The notes below the pieces were generated by a model, which worked only from the letters and a program-made list of their open reading frames with translations, searched no databases and was not told where the DNA came from. Shown here one piece after another: positions 1 through 13,130 of a DNA stretch of 64,000 bases; within the stretch, counting starts at the first letter, position 1; each line of letters opens with the position of its first letter. Origin of the DNA: the human T2T-CHM13v2.0 reference genome, Homo sapiens; the NCBI RefSeq assembly GCF_009914755.1, contig NC_060926.1. One strand, written 5' to 3'. Position numbers and translations under genes: made by a program.

Positions 1-284
1 GGGGTTAGTGAAATAAGCCGGAAACAAAAAACAAATACAGTATGATTCCACTTACATGACTTATCTGAAGTAGCCAAACTCATAGACACAGAAAGTAGAA
101 TGAGTTACCACGGGTTTGTGGAAGGGGGAAATGGAGAGTTGTTTAATGGGTATAGAGTTTCAGTTTTGCAAGATGAAAATATTCTGGAGATCACAAAACA
201 ATATGAATGTATTGAACACTGCTGAACTACGTGCTTCAAAATGGCTAAGGTGGTAAATTTTATGTTACATATATTTGCCACAAA
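1..284 (+). mobile_element. LINE-1 3' end, L1MB-like
   Basis: L1M 3'UTR motifs: tatgattccactta, gaaagtagaatg, tttaatgggtatagagtttcagttttgcaagatgaaaa, aaatggctaaggtggtaaattttatgtta. Confidence 0.85.
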
Positions 285-710
285 GTGTCAAACAATCAAA
301 AGTCACCACTCACTTTATTAAAATGATCAGGCTACTTAAAGATAAGTCTTTAAAATATTATTAACTATTGCTTTTGAAATGTAAAAGTAAAATTATAATT
401 TCAATATTAGGAGTAAAAAACACTTTAGGTAAAAATGTAAGGAATTACAAGGAGTCTACCTTGTTAAAAAGTTCAAAGGGAAAAACAACATGAATAGTAA
501 TTGTAAGTAATCCAAAATTGTTGCAAATAAATAAGGCAGGCATCAGTGAATCCAAATCTGTTCGCTACTAAAGCATTCTTTTTAATTTCTTCAGTCATGT
601 TTTATAGCTGCTATATGTAAGAAGCAACATTTTAAAAAGTTACTTTCTATTTATTATAGCCACATAAATGGTAAACCAAATATATAACTAGGACAAAGTA
701 ATTAACATTA

Positions 711-1025
711 CAGTTGGTGCTCCGTATCTACAGATTCCTCACCAGCAGATTCAACCAACCCGGATCAAAATATTCAATAAATAAATAAAAATACAACAGT
801 AAAAAATACAAACTTAAAAAGCAATACAGGAAAACAACTATTTGCATAGCATTACCTTGAATTAGGTATCATAAGTAATCTACAGATACTGAAAGTGTAT
901 TGGGGGATGTGCATAGAGTGTATGCAAATACCATGCCATTTTATATAAGGGACTTAGCATCCTTGAATTTTGGTATCTGCAGGGGTCCTGGAACCCTTCC
1001 TCTGAAGATATCAAAAGACCACTAT
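711..1025. mobile_element. MER2 (Tigger-derived MITE)
   Basis: Starts ta|cagttggtgctccgtatc. Internal gattcaaccaacc, ttaggtatcataagtaatcta and ccattttatataagggactt are MER2 motifs; length ~315 bp. Confidence 0.85.
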
Positions 1026-1158
1026 ACTGCAATGTTTTAATTATACTAATATAAAACTCCTAGTGGACTTTATGAAACATTGAAAATACATCCTTTGAAG
1101 ATCTGTAATTTGGAATTTTGGGTACATATAAAGGAAAGATGAAATTTAATTTCAAAGA

Positions 1159-1347
1159 ATGGTGGTTCTTAAATGTTAGAGTGCATTGGAATTATCTGGA
1201 AAGCTTGTAAAAGCACAGATTACTGGGTGAATCTCCTTAATTTCTGTTTCAGTAGGTTTAAAGTGGGGTCTGAAATACAGTATTTTTAAGAATTTTTCAA
1301 GTGATATTGATGTTTCTGGTCTAGGGACCACATTTTTATAGCCACTA
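1159..1347. mobile_element. MER5A (hAT-Charlie MITE)
   Basis: gtggttcttaaa...cttgtaaaagcacagattactggg...tcagtaggt...tctggtctagggaccacattt; ~190 bp. Confidence 0.8.
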
Positions 1348-3191
1348 TTATAGAAAATAGGGTTATTAAGGGGTATACCTTCAGTTGTGGAAATAAGATC
1401 ATGTCTTATAAAACCAAAATACTATAATTTTGGACCTTTGTTAAATTCACCAAAATAATTAAGTTTATATTTACAAATGACTTAGTAACTTTACTGACAT
1501 TTTGTACAAATTAAATGATTCCCAAATGATCATAGCAAAGCAGATCTTTAAAAAGTATTTAATAAATGTACCCTTTAGTCGATTTTGTCTCATCTTAATC
1601 ACCCTCTTTTAACTGTGTGCATATAACTACAAAAGAATCAGATCATCACCATTATTTACAGAGTGAATATCCTGCATCTATGTTTGATGTATCAGATTTC
1701 AGCTATCTTATTCTGATTTTGCTTTTATTCATATGTTTTATAGTACTTTCATGTCTTGTGTAGAGGGAAGGAATATTGTCTTCGATCACATTGCCTCTGC
1801 TTCACAGCCACTTACTGCTCCTTCTGATTGCTAAGTGCCTCTGGAGAATGACCTATAGTAATTGCACACTTTCTCTTGGCAAAGCTCTGTCTGCTTCCTT
1901 TAAGGAAAGAACACACTGCTGTAAGTTATGAATCAGGCTTGCAAAATGTAAGTTCTGGCAACAGGCTCCCGAGAACCTACATCCTGTATTATATCATCTG
2001 AGCTTTATTTCATGCCATTATTCTGAGGACATACCTATGTATCATTTTCTCAAAAGAAGGGCTTTGGTAGCCTAGTATTGAATCTTTTTTCAATTTTATA
2101 TTTCTGGAACCAAAATTAATTAACTGAAAATCTAGCAAGAGCACAGCAGGTATCTCAACATGTTGAAGCGTTGAATAGTATAATTTAATAAAACCATAGA
2201 AATCCTGAGTCTTTTTTTATTTATATAGGCGAAGAAATGGAAGGTCTGCTATATTTAGTGTCTACAAAGTTGCAAAGATGGCATCTGTATATAGGAAAAG
2301 AAAATAAAGAGACATTAGCATCCCAATCCAATGACATTTACCAGAAAGCAACACATTCTGGTGTGGCAGAGGAGAGCAAGGAAAGCCATGATAGCCCAGA
2401 GATATGGATATTCCTCAGAAATATGAAGGTAAATAGAAATAAGGGTACATAGTTCTGGGTCAGAACTGTGTTCTTTGCATTCATCTTAACAAGGCTTGGT
2501 AATCAGAGCTCAGATGTTTGCCAAGTAAGATATCATTATTAACAACCTTCAAGAAAGCATTTTTTTAGAAGTTGGGCTTGAAAGCACAAGTAAAACATCT
2601 GTTATTGCAAAACTAGAGAGATAATTTTTCCTTTGGATATAACAAAGATACATAAATATTTTAAAGTTATAATTTTGAGTTTCGAAGAAAGATTGTCATA
2701 TTTTAACTAGATAAATAAGCTTAAGTATATATACAGTTTATCATCAACCTACATTCTACCATCTACTCAATATGTAAAGTCATAGAGGAGAACAACTGAA
2801 AGACAAGTTAGAAATCATCTGATTTAAAGACTATCCACCAAACTTTCTTACTAAAAAATATGTGGTCCAAATGATTAAGGGAAGTTATAGTAACAAATTG
2901 TGTGTGAGTTTTGGTGCTCCCCTTTCCTTTTATACTTAGAATTCACCCACTTTTCCAACCCAAACTGCCCAGAGTACTATAAAATACATATTATAGTTTG
3001 ATAAATTGTTTTTCTTAAATTTTAAATTTTGTGAGTAGAATGTGTTATAACGTTTTCATAAATTGGCCAGAAAGAATGTCATTAAACTAAGCTGCTTCAG
3101 CATTAGTAGCCATATATTGCAGTTCCACTCCCTTTAGGAATGCTTTTTAAAAAGGGCATGGGGAGAAGGGACTGACTACCTATGTGAGTAG

Positions 3192-3340
3192 TTTACTCAT
3201 TTAGCAAACATTTATGTTCTTTATGAAACATTTATGTTCTTTATGAAAGCTGGGTATATAGGTGTATAAAAAAGCGGACAAAGTTTACATCTCAAAAAGA
3301 AAATGTTGGTCTTAGTAGAGAAAGATAAATTATAAACAAG
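3192..3340 (-). mobile_element. L2 3' end fragment, containing a 20-bp tandem duplication (3206-3245)
   Basis: tttactcatttagcaaacatttat resembles the antisense L2 terminus; aaacatttatgttctttatg occurs twice in tandem. Confidence 0.5.
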
Positions 3341-3404
3341 TAAGATGACATGAAAAATGTCAAAGGCTAATATAATGTGATAGTTATTTCATGGAAAATA
3401 TAGA

Positions 3405-3945
3405 GTACCACTACCAAATATCTAAAATCAAAACTATCTGAAATGTAAAAGATATATAGAAACCCAAATTTTTGTACCCTCCTGGCATGAGTAGAACTAT
3501 TGTGGAAAACTGGCAGTGTCAATAATTCTGAATATATAAATATTAGATATTCTATAACCCAAAATCTTGTCTATAGGTATATTCAATTGAAATATGTGTG
3601 TGTTTGTGTATATTTCACCCAAAGACAGATACGTAAATAAGAATATTCAGAGCAACATAACTCGAACACTACAAACAACTCTCATGTAAATCAACAACAA
3701 AATGGATAAATAAATTTTGATATATTAATTTACACAGTGGTATGCCATACAGTATGAAGATGAGCAAACTAATACCACACACAAAAGAAATTACTCTCAT
3801 AACCATGCTGTTGGGCACTGGAAACCAGGAAAAAATATTTACATTCTTTGATTCTAACTATGTGCTTTTAAAATAGTCAATACTATTTCAACATTTTTGA
3901 AATTAAAATATTGGTCATTTTTGACAATAAGGTTGTAGTGCTTGA
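3405..3945 (+). mobile_element. Old LINE-1 (L1ME-like) ORF2 end / 3' region
   Basis: tcaacaacaaaatggataaataaattttgatatatt and aactattgtggaaaactggcagtgtc are degenerate L1 motifs. Confidence 0.65.
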
Positions 3946-3956
3946 GAGGAGAAAAT

Positions 3957-4738
<782 letters not shown>

Positions 4739-4844
4739 ATGTTAATGTTCTATTTCTTGATATTTTATTTTCCATTATTTTCTATAAACATAAATATAAG
4801 ATACTGCAGTTATTCCAAAACAGATAAGCAGATTTTCTGTTTTG

Positions 4845-5560
4845 TTGATAATAGCTTTACTGAAATGTACTTTGCATATTTTTCAGAGTTGTGCAACTGT
4901 CATTGCAATTTTAGAATATTTTCATCACTCCCCTTGACCAAAAAAAAAAAAAAACAATAGCAGTCACTGTTTCTTCTTCTACTCCAGCCTTATGCAACAA
5001 ATGATCCATTTCCCATCTCTATAGGTTGCCTATTCTGAAATTTTCTTATAAATAACATTGTGAAACGTCTTTCGTGACTTGCTTCTTTCATTTAGCATTT
5101 TGTGAAGACTAATCCATGCTGTAGGATATATCATTATGTCACTCTTTTTATAGCTGAATAATATTTTATTAGCTATGTATATATAAAATATTTGTTTATT
5201 CATCAGTTTGGGGTGTTTCTACTTTTTAGCTATTGTCAATATTGCCACTATGACCGTTTGTGTACAAGTTTTTGTGTGGATATACATTTTGAATCTTTTG
5301 AGTATGTACCTAGAAAAGGAATTTCTGGATCATATGACAACTATATTTAAACTCCCAAGGAATTCTCAGACTGCTTTCAAAGCAAGAGCATCATTTTGCA
5401 TTCCCACCAGGAGTGTATGAGAGTTCCAACTTTCCCATATCCTTACCAACCTTTCCCATATCCTAACCAAAACTTGTTATTATCTGTCTTTTTTGTAATA
5501 GACATCCTAGTGGATGTGACATGGTATTTCACTGTAGTTTTCATTTGCTTTACCCTGAGG
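4845..5560 (-). mobile_element. LINE-1 3' region, L1MB/L1MC-like
   Basis: atagctttactgaaat, gcttctttcatttagcat, tgtacaagtttttgtgtgga, cattcccaccaggagtgtatgagagttcca. Confidence 0.85.
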
Positions 5561-5571
5561 GCTACTTTAAA

Positions 5572-5750
5572 ATACATACACACACACACACACACCCCAC
5601 ACACATATATATACATATACATATATACGTATACATATATATGTATATATATGTGTGTGTGGGGTGTGTGTGTGTATATATATATACACACACAAATATA
5701 TATGTGTATATATATATTTTTTTAAATGTGCACACACACATACATGTATA
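5572..5750. repeat. Compound (CA)/(TA)/(TG) microsatellite arranged as an inverted repeat
   Basis: Directly visible; cccc at 5595-5598 is mirrored by gggg at 5661-5664. Confidence 0.95.
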
Positions 5751-6151
5751 TTTGGCCTGTTAAAATGTATTGAGTTATACTTTTGTGATTGAGTTATACT
5801 CTTATGATTTGACTATTTTTCTCTATTTTATAATGGATTAGCTTACTTTTAAAAAAAACAGAGAAATAGAAAAATACCATTACTAATATCTGTATCATAT
5901 GGGTATTAAACAGTTCTTTTAGATTTTTGTTTGTTTGTTTTTTTAACCTGGTCATCAATTCTCTCTCCAACCAATACCTGTATCTCACACCTCTGCTGTG
6001 AAAATAGAATAATGCAAGTGGAAATCCTGGAGAATCAATGCCTCTGGTCTCTATTTCAATTGACACACCATTAGACCATGAGCAAGAGAACAAACCTGCT
6101 AACAATGGTCAGGAAGGGAAACCAAGTAGCCGATTAAAATTAATAGGTCTA

Positions 6152-6497
6152 AGGAAATAATGGCATTCATAGCAACCTGGTTGGAATTGCAGACCATTAT
6201 TCTTAGTGAAGTAACTCAGGAATGGAAAATCAAACATTTTATATTCTCACTCATAAATGGGAGCTAAGCTATGAGGATGCAAAGGCATAAGAATGATACA
6301 GTGAACTTTGGGGACTGAGGGAAAGAGTGGGAGGCAGGTGAGGTATAAAGACTACAGGTTGGGTACAATGTACACTGCTCGGTGATGGATGCACCAAAAT
6401 CTCAGAAATCGCCACTAAAGAAAGAATTCATGTAATGAGAAACCACCTGTTCTCCCAAAATCCATTGAAATAAAAATTTTTTAAAAAATTATAAATG
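6152..6497 (+). mobile_element. 5'-truncated L1PB 3' end
   Basis: gtgaagtaactcaggaatggaaaa...gctaagctatgaggatgcaaaggcataagaatgata...caccaaaatctcagaaatc; 13-bp TSD attaataggtcta (6139-6151, 6498-6510). Confidence 0.92.
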
Positions 6498-8679
6498 ATT
6501 AATAGGTCTAGCAAGCTAGTATCAAACAGCAAGAGGGGAGCCAACAGAAAACACCATATTGAAGTTTAGTATTAAGTGTTAATGTAAAGTCAGGAGACAA
6601 AATGGTAGAATTTAGGGCACTACTGATTGTTCACTTCATCTGCACATTGGGTTTGAATCGAGAGCTGTGTCAGTAAAAATTAGAAAAATACTTAGTCTGC
6701 TGTCCTCCACAGTTATTTATTCAAAATTGTCTGTCTTAACAACTTTCCTAAAATCTTGCCTTTTTTAGGTATTTTGTGTATTTAAAAAAGTTAGGAAAGG
6801 AATCCTACTATTTGATATGTATATAGTGTGGGGAATTTAAAACTTATTCTATGGCTTTGTTGGTGATGATTAACTGCTTTTATTTGCTGTTGAATCGTAA
6901 ACAAAATAAACATACACAGAATTTACATCTATTTGGTAAACTATATAATGAGGTGGCGACTAATGTCCAGGTTGGCAAACAAAAATCCTGGTGTACAGCA
7001 TGTGTGTCTTGTCCCCAGCAACATAAAGAACATATAATGTTACAATATACTTCTTTATTACAGAAGAATATATGGTTGTGTTTTGAAAATATTATTTCTT
7101 TGTAGATGGTTCTCAGGGGTAGGTAAAAAAAAATCTTGTCTGGGAAAAAGTGGAGAAAGTGGAACATCTTGTTGCTGTTCATTTTATTGGTTTGGTCAGA
7201 AATTGTGAAAGGGGGGTCTTCCATCCTTAACTGTGCTTTGACCTCAGTGCTTTTCTTCTTTTCTCCATCTGTGGCAGAATTGATTCTTCATATCTTTCTC
7301 AAGGTCCATTTCAGCAGTTGATGAAGCTTTTTGAAGAAAAATTAGTTCTATTTTTAATCATTTTATCAAAAATATTTGCTCTGTGAAAGATATCTCTGTG
7401 ATACATTTTTGCCTTATTTGAGGTAGTGTTAATGAGGGAGGAAAGGGTCAAGTGAATATGAAGATGTGAGAATGAAATCAAAGAGTGGGAAAGCTAACAC
7501 ATGTGACATGTGCCTTCTGGACATCAATAATATTATTGTGGCCATAAACAAAGCAGCTACCCTTCATGAGGGAAGAGATGGATCACTCTCTTTTTTTTTT
7601 CTTAATGCTGGATTTTATTTATTTGCACTTTACATGAAAATGAAATTTTCGAAAAGCAACATAAATATGTCTATATTTGTTTAATGGCATGATTGCCTTA
7701 GTACCTATGTAAGAATAATTTTGAGATGGTTATCATGATCTGCATTTCTTAATATTTCTTTTTGACCTATTGTAAGTAATAATGTAAATGTGTAATTATG
7801 GGCATGTTTAATATGTATAATTTCCTCAATAGTCTTTAAAATTAGTTTTAAGATCTTAGGAGTGTTATGTATTTAAGTAAACTTTTTAAATTGTCACAAA
7901 AATATATAAACAACTCACTGGGAACTTGTAGGTTCTTTTGAAAGTGACTTTATGACTATCTTAAAGAAGACAGGTTATTTACCTAGTTTGGGAAGCAATG
8001 ATATGAAACCACAATAACAACTAAGAAAGGAGAATCTCCTGCATGCCAGTGTAGTAATAGTCATTGTGAAGGAAAGTTTTAACTTAAAGAATGAGTAAAT
8101 ATTCTTTACATGATACTTAGCTGTCTGCTATGAAATTATAGAGTGGCCGGTGCCATTTCTCGGTTCTACACTTCTACTTTAGAGAAAACAGCGCTATCTT
8201 ACATGAATGTCATATCATCATGAACTCCTGAGCCAATTTTGGTAAATGCTTTTACAAGACCCTTTTCTTTTTGTGAGTTAGGACTGTTAGTAAACAACAA
8301 ATTGTTCTTCTTTTCATATTCTCAGACAACTTCCCCCAAGCAATTTCCCATATTTTAATTATCCACGGAAGCTTGAATACTTAGTATCTGTAATGCCATG
8401 GCAAAGGATTTGTACTGCTCAAGCACTTCCTAGACATGAAGCAAGATAAAAATCACACTAATTCTCATTACCAAAAATGAAGATGGCTAATGGGGTACAG
8501 CACTAGATGTTTGGATATGAGGGTAAATCTTTGTTCAGTTAGGTATTAGTATTTCAGGGCTGAGTCAACAACTCCAAAAGTTATAAAACTCTAACTACGC
8601 TCCAGAAGAATTTTGCTTAGAAGTATGATTACATCTCATAACAGTCATTAATAGTGTTTATAAAACTGATAGAGCTAGA

Positions 8680-9010
8680 AACATTTATCTTTCTACAAGT
8701 ATTTACTAAGCACCTTGTTTGTACCAGGCACCATTTAAAATGACACTGTAAATGCAGGGGTAATAAAAGAGGTAATGTTTATACCCTAACATAGTTTCTT
8801 AGAAAAAAGAACAGTTAAATCATAAATAAAAATCGAGGAAATATGCAATAACATATGCAACAAATAAAAGAAAACAGAGTTTTTTGTTAGAAAGTTCCTG
8901 ATGGCTATAGAAGAGTTGAGGGAAGATTTCTTTGAGAGAGAAATTAGAAATCTGGCATTGAAAAAAATGCTGGAATGACAAGAAGAACAAATGTAGAAAG
9001 ACATTATAAT
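8680..9010 (-). mobile_element. L2 fragment
   Basis: caagtatttactaagcacc...gtaccaggcacc (antisense L2 3' end) followed by a purine-rich L2-like body. Confidence 0.55.
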
Positions 9011-9809
9011 GGCTTAGATGAGGACGGCAACAGTATAGATAGAAAAAAATCTACTATAAATTTTGTTTTATTAAAAAGCTCTTGTCATTATTGAGTGATT
9101 AGATGACACTTTGGAGGTTCAGGTTTTGTTGGTTGATTTATATAAACCTCATTTTTTTTTTTTTGTAAACCTCTGTGTAAAAGTTAGTACTTCGGAATGT
9201 GTAATTATTCTCTCTGTCAGAATAATTATTCATACCTTTTGAAGTAAGGCAAATTTGTCTGAGACACCTTCCATTGTCATAAAAATAGTGAAAACCACCT
9301 GAGGATTGTTTTGGGAAATGTAATTAGTTCGCTTTTTATGTTGTATTTATTAAATGTCCCAGTCTTAGTAAAGTTTCATGCTAACCTGTATATTTTTACC
9401 ACATGGAACTAGTACCCCAGGGATTAGAGTTTTGCACCTATTGGACATTAGCCAGTTATCCTAACATTGCTTAGCCTTATAAACCCTCTTCAGACTGGTT
9501 TGAACATTTCACTGTTCCCCTCATTAATTAATGAGTGGAAAAAATTCCTTGACACCTGTTTATTTCATGTTGAAGTGTGGGACTCATTACTTTATCTTTT
9601 TAAAAATTATATGTTAGCATGTAAGGCATTTATCTCAAGATTGGTGGCTATGGTTAGCAATGTCCACAGCTCTGTTTCTTGCAGATCTGGATGTAAAAGA
9701 GAGCAGAGAACTTCTTGAATCTAATGATTATTCCAGCACACCCTCAGAAAATTTTGATGGTTGCCTCTGTCTTTGTTTTTGTCCCAATTGTAGCTGATTT
9801 CATGAGTCA

Positions 9810-10260
9810 TCCTCCTTACCCAAAAGACACCTTACAGATCTTTCAACCCCCAAACTATTAATAAACTCTTCTACTTTCTTCAGTTACCCACTCACATAGT
9901 AACCAACTGGACCCACCATTTTGATATACCATTTTGGAAATTTTAATGCCTTTTATCCTAATTTCTGATGATGCATACTTACCCTTCAGTGTCTTAGTTT
10001 ACACTGCAAGTCTACGTGTTTCTAAACCTCAGAAAGACTTAACCAGGCTTTAAATATGTTTTCCAGATTAGTGACTTTTTTAAACCCTTTCTGCTGTTTT
10101 CCTTCCCTATTGGTTTACATGATACGAGGAAGTATCTGAACTGCTCTCTCAGCATCACTGTCATTCCCTTCACTTCTATCTTTACCTCATACCAATGCCC
10201 AGTGTCCTAACTCTGAAAAAAATGCTGTCTACATTTTTTTTTACTGCTATCTAAAGGAAG
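9810..10260 (+). mobile_element. Possible degraded L2 internal fragment
   Basis: C/T-rich L2-like texture (cagttacccactcacatagtaaccaactggacc); highly diverged. Confidence 0.35.
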
Positions 10261-10910
10261 ATAAGCCCTAGTTAAAAAAACAAAAGAAACTCATACAACC
10301 ATTCAAAATTTAAATAAGCTCCATATATCTGTTGATCAAGTTTTAAAAAATCCTTTAATTTATAGCTTCACCCTTCATTTATCTTTTAATTGGTCTTTTG
10401 TTGTTGTTGTTGAATGATTTCATGAAATGTGTTTAGTGGGTTGTTTGTCCTTTAGAGTTTCCCATAGCCTTTTTATCTATTCTTTTTCCTTCCTGGACTT
10501 ATTCCTATGCTGTGATGAACCACAGTGTTTACCAACACTATAGGAGTGATTTTGTTGAGTTGATAAAAATATTAGCTAAATTAGGTGAGTATCAAAATAT
10601 AATTGACTGAACAGCATACTGTAATATAAGCAATTAATAATTCATTTACAAAATGTAATTGAAATAATGTTTTTAAAAGGATTATGTTAGCTTTTTTAAT
10701 GTGACTTTTCCCCTGCAGTTTAGAAGATTCTACATTGGAATAAAAATATGTACCCTTTGCTTCAGCTTGATTCTAGCATTATGCTGCAAAGTAGCTGTGT
10801 TAAAGCTCCTGTTATGTCTGATAATTTTCTTGCTTTGCTTTCCATTAAGAAGCTTTTGACATGCACAAATTTGTTTTATAATGATTTCATTCTGTCACGT
10901 TATGTAATAT

Positions 10911-11200
10911 TCTCATTTAATAAATATTCATTGAGCATATAACTCTCAGGAGGCATTGTTCTGGATCCTGGGCATAGAAAATTTAACCCCTTCTCTAAAG
11001 ATGATAATTTTTTCCCCAAAGATATGGGGAAAAAGCTAACAATATTTTACTTTTTGTTGGGTGTACATTATAGTGATGAGAGAGTCCATTAACAAACCGA
11101 CACATATGTATAAAGTGGTTATAAGAAAATAAAACCGGACAAGAGGACTGAGAGGGACAGGGATATACAAGATACAGATGGAATTTTCAGGGAATGACTG
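10911..11200 (-). mobile_element. L2 3' end fragment
   Basis: tcatttaataaatattcattgagca...aggcattgttctggatcctggg. Confidence 0.55.
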
Positions 11201-12069
11201 CTATTTGTAGCAATTTCATAATCCTGACACAATTTACTTTTAAACATCTCAACATTAGCCCAAGATATGCAAATAGCTAGGGTCCCTACACAGTAATGAA
11301 AAATATCATAACCAGAAATTTTAAGGTATAACCCTTTTCCAAAGCAACACCAGGCATTCTTTAATAATGTGCTATTATATACAGTTATTGTACTAAAATT
11401 CACTGGGTACCTTTAATGATCCAGGGACTGTCATTGATGTTGGAGGTACAGAGGAAAATTATATAGACCTTGAATGTAAGAAGCTCAAGGACTAAAATGA
11501 CCAGAGCTTCACAGACTTGACAGTGTATACCTCAACATCCAAAGGCCTACTGAATCATCATCTTCAGGAAATGAGTTAAATTTTCTATATTTATAAAGAT
11601 TATTTTTTGGAGTCAGTTGAGAATAAGTGAATAGGGTAGTAAATTTAATAAAAATTAGAAATTAGTAAATTTAATAAAAATTAGAAATTAGTAAATTTCT
11701 AATTCAACATCCACCAACACAATTTCACCATTGTTTATCATTTGTTTCTCTCTGGCTACCATAAGACATTTTTCCCCTTTCTTCTGCTCTTAAAAAATAC
11801 TCTTGTGGTTCTGAGGTCACTAGGATGCCATATTCTGAAGCTGCCAACTGTAGTTGTACAGGCAGGTTTTCCAGGTGTAGGCATGACAACCAGTGTGGCT
11901 TTGAAGTTGGGTTGGCCTCTCATCTGTGATTTTTGAGCCATACACCACTTGTACTTTCATTCTTTGTTTGTTGTTATGTTTTGTTTTCTTTTTTCCTAGG
12001 AAATATTTACTATTATAGCTGTTTTATTTCTGTTGCTTCAGAGCTGTTTCTACTTATAATTCTTCTACA

Positions 12070-12588
12070 AATATGAGGGAAAATGTCACCCTATGATGCA
12101 CAAATCTTAATCCCCAGAACCTGTGAATATGTTAGGTTACATGGGAAAGGGAAATTCTGTTTACAAGTTGTAGATAGAATTAAGTTTGCTGGTTAGCTGA
12201 CATTAATATAGGGAGAGCATACTGGATTATGGAGATGGGCCCAATGTAATCACAATGGCCCTTAAGTGCAAAAGAGGTAGAAGAGTCCCTGTCAGAGTGA
12301 CTTGAAGTGTGAAATGCTTGAATGGTTATTGCTGGATTTGGAGATGGGAAGGAGCTATAGCCATGAAACGGGGCTGGCCTCTAGAAGCTGGAAAAGGTGA
12401 AAAAGCAGATTCTCTGCTAGAACCTTCAGAATGGAACGCAACTCCGCAGACACCCTAATTTTATCCTGGTGAGATACATTTTGAACTTCTGACCTCTAGA
12501 GATGTCAGATAATGAATTTGCTGTATCTTAAGCTACTAAATTTTGTGATGTGTAAAATTGTTACAGCAACAAATAGGAAACCAGTATA
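12070..12588 (+). mobile_element. MaLR solo LTR (MLT1D-like)
   Basis: taatccccagaacctgtgaatatgtta, gggcccaatgtaatcacaa, gcctctagaagctggaaaagg, acttctgacctctaga, ttgttacagcaacaaataggaaac. Confidence 0.88.
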
Positions 12589-13059
12589 TTCACCAAGGTT
12601 TCAAGGGTCTCAGTTCTGTGAGACAGTCTTCATTATAAAAAAATTTCGCAATAATTTTTGTATTAGATACCATGGTCCCACAGGCTCCCAGGCTTCACAG
12701 GTTCACGACCATTCTAGAACTTTCTAAATGTGTATATACTGACTGTATGTACAGCTCAGACTGTGTGATATCTCCATTATAAAGTCTATCTAATACTGAT
12801 TAAGGTATGAGTAAGAACATGCCCAGTAAAATGTTTCCACACAGGTGCCAGGTTTTACAACTGGCCATGTTATGTAGTACCAGAGCGAAAATTTCAGCCA
12901 AAAGGCATGTTGATGTCAAACAAACAAACAAACAAACAAAACAACTATGTAGAGTTACGGAGAAGGGTGAGGCTAAATCACCACTGGAAGGGTTTAATTC
13001 TTAGTGAAACCAGTAAATAATAATTTATATGCTACGTTTTAAACTTTTTTAAAAAAATT

Positions 13060-13130
13060 ATGGTAAAATAGACTTAGGAATTATTCCATCTTTTACAGGT
13101 AAGAAATCTGAGAACTGAAAACTGAGAACT
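13060..13130 (-). mobile_element. MIR core fragment
   Basis: ttattccatcttttacaggtaagaaatctgag resembles the MIR core cccattttacagatgaggaaactgag. Confidence 0.55.

Noticed and set aside
2237-2452. 71-aa ATG-initiated ORF in apparently unique sequence
   Set aside because: No recognisable domain, promoter or splice context; the length is expected by chance
5396-5763. Overlapping ORFs rich in Y/I/H/T/V/C
   Set aside because: Translations of the dinucleotide microsatellite
6851-7321. Cluster of ORFs on both strands (up to 114 aa)
   Set aside because: No homology I can recognise and no convincing flanking splice sites
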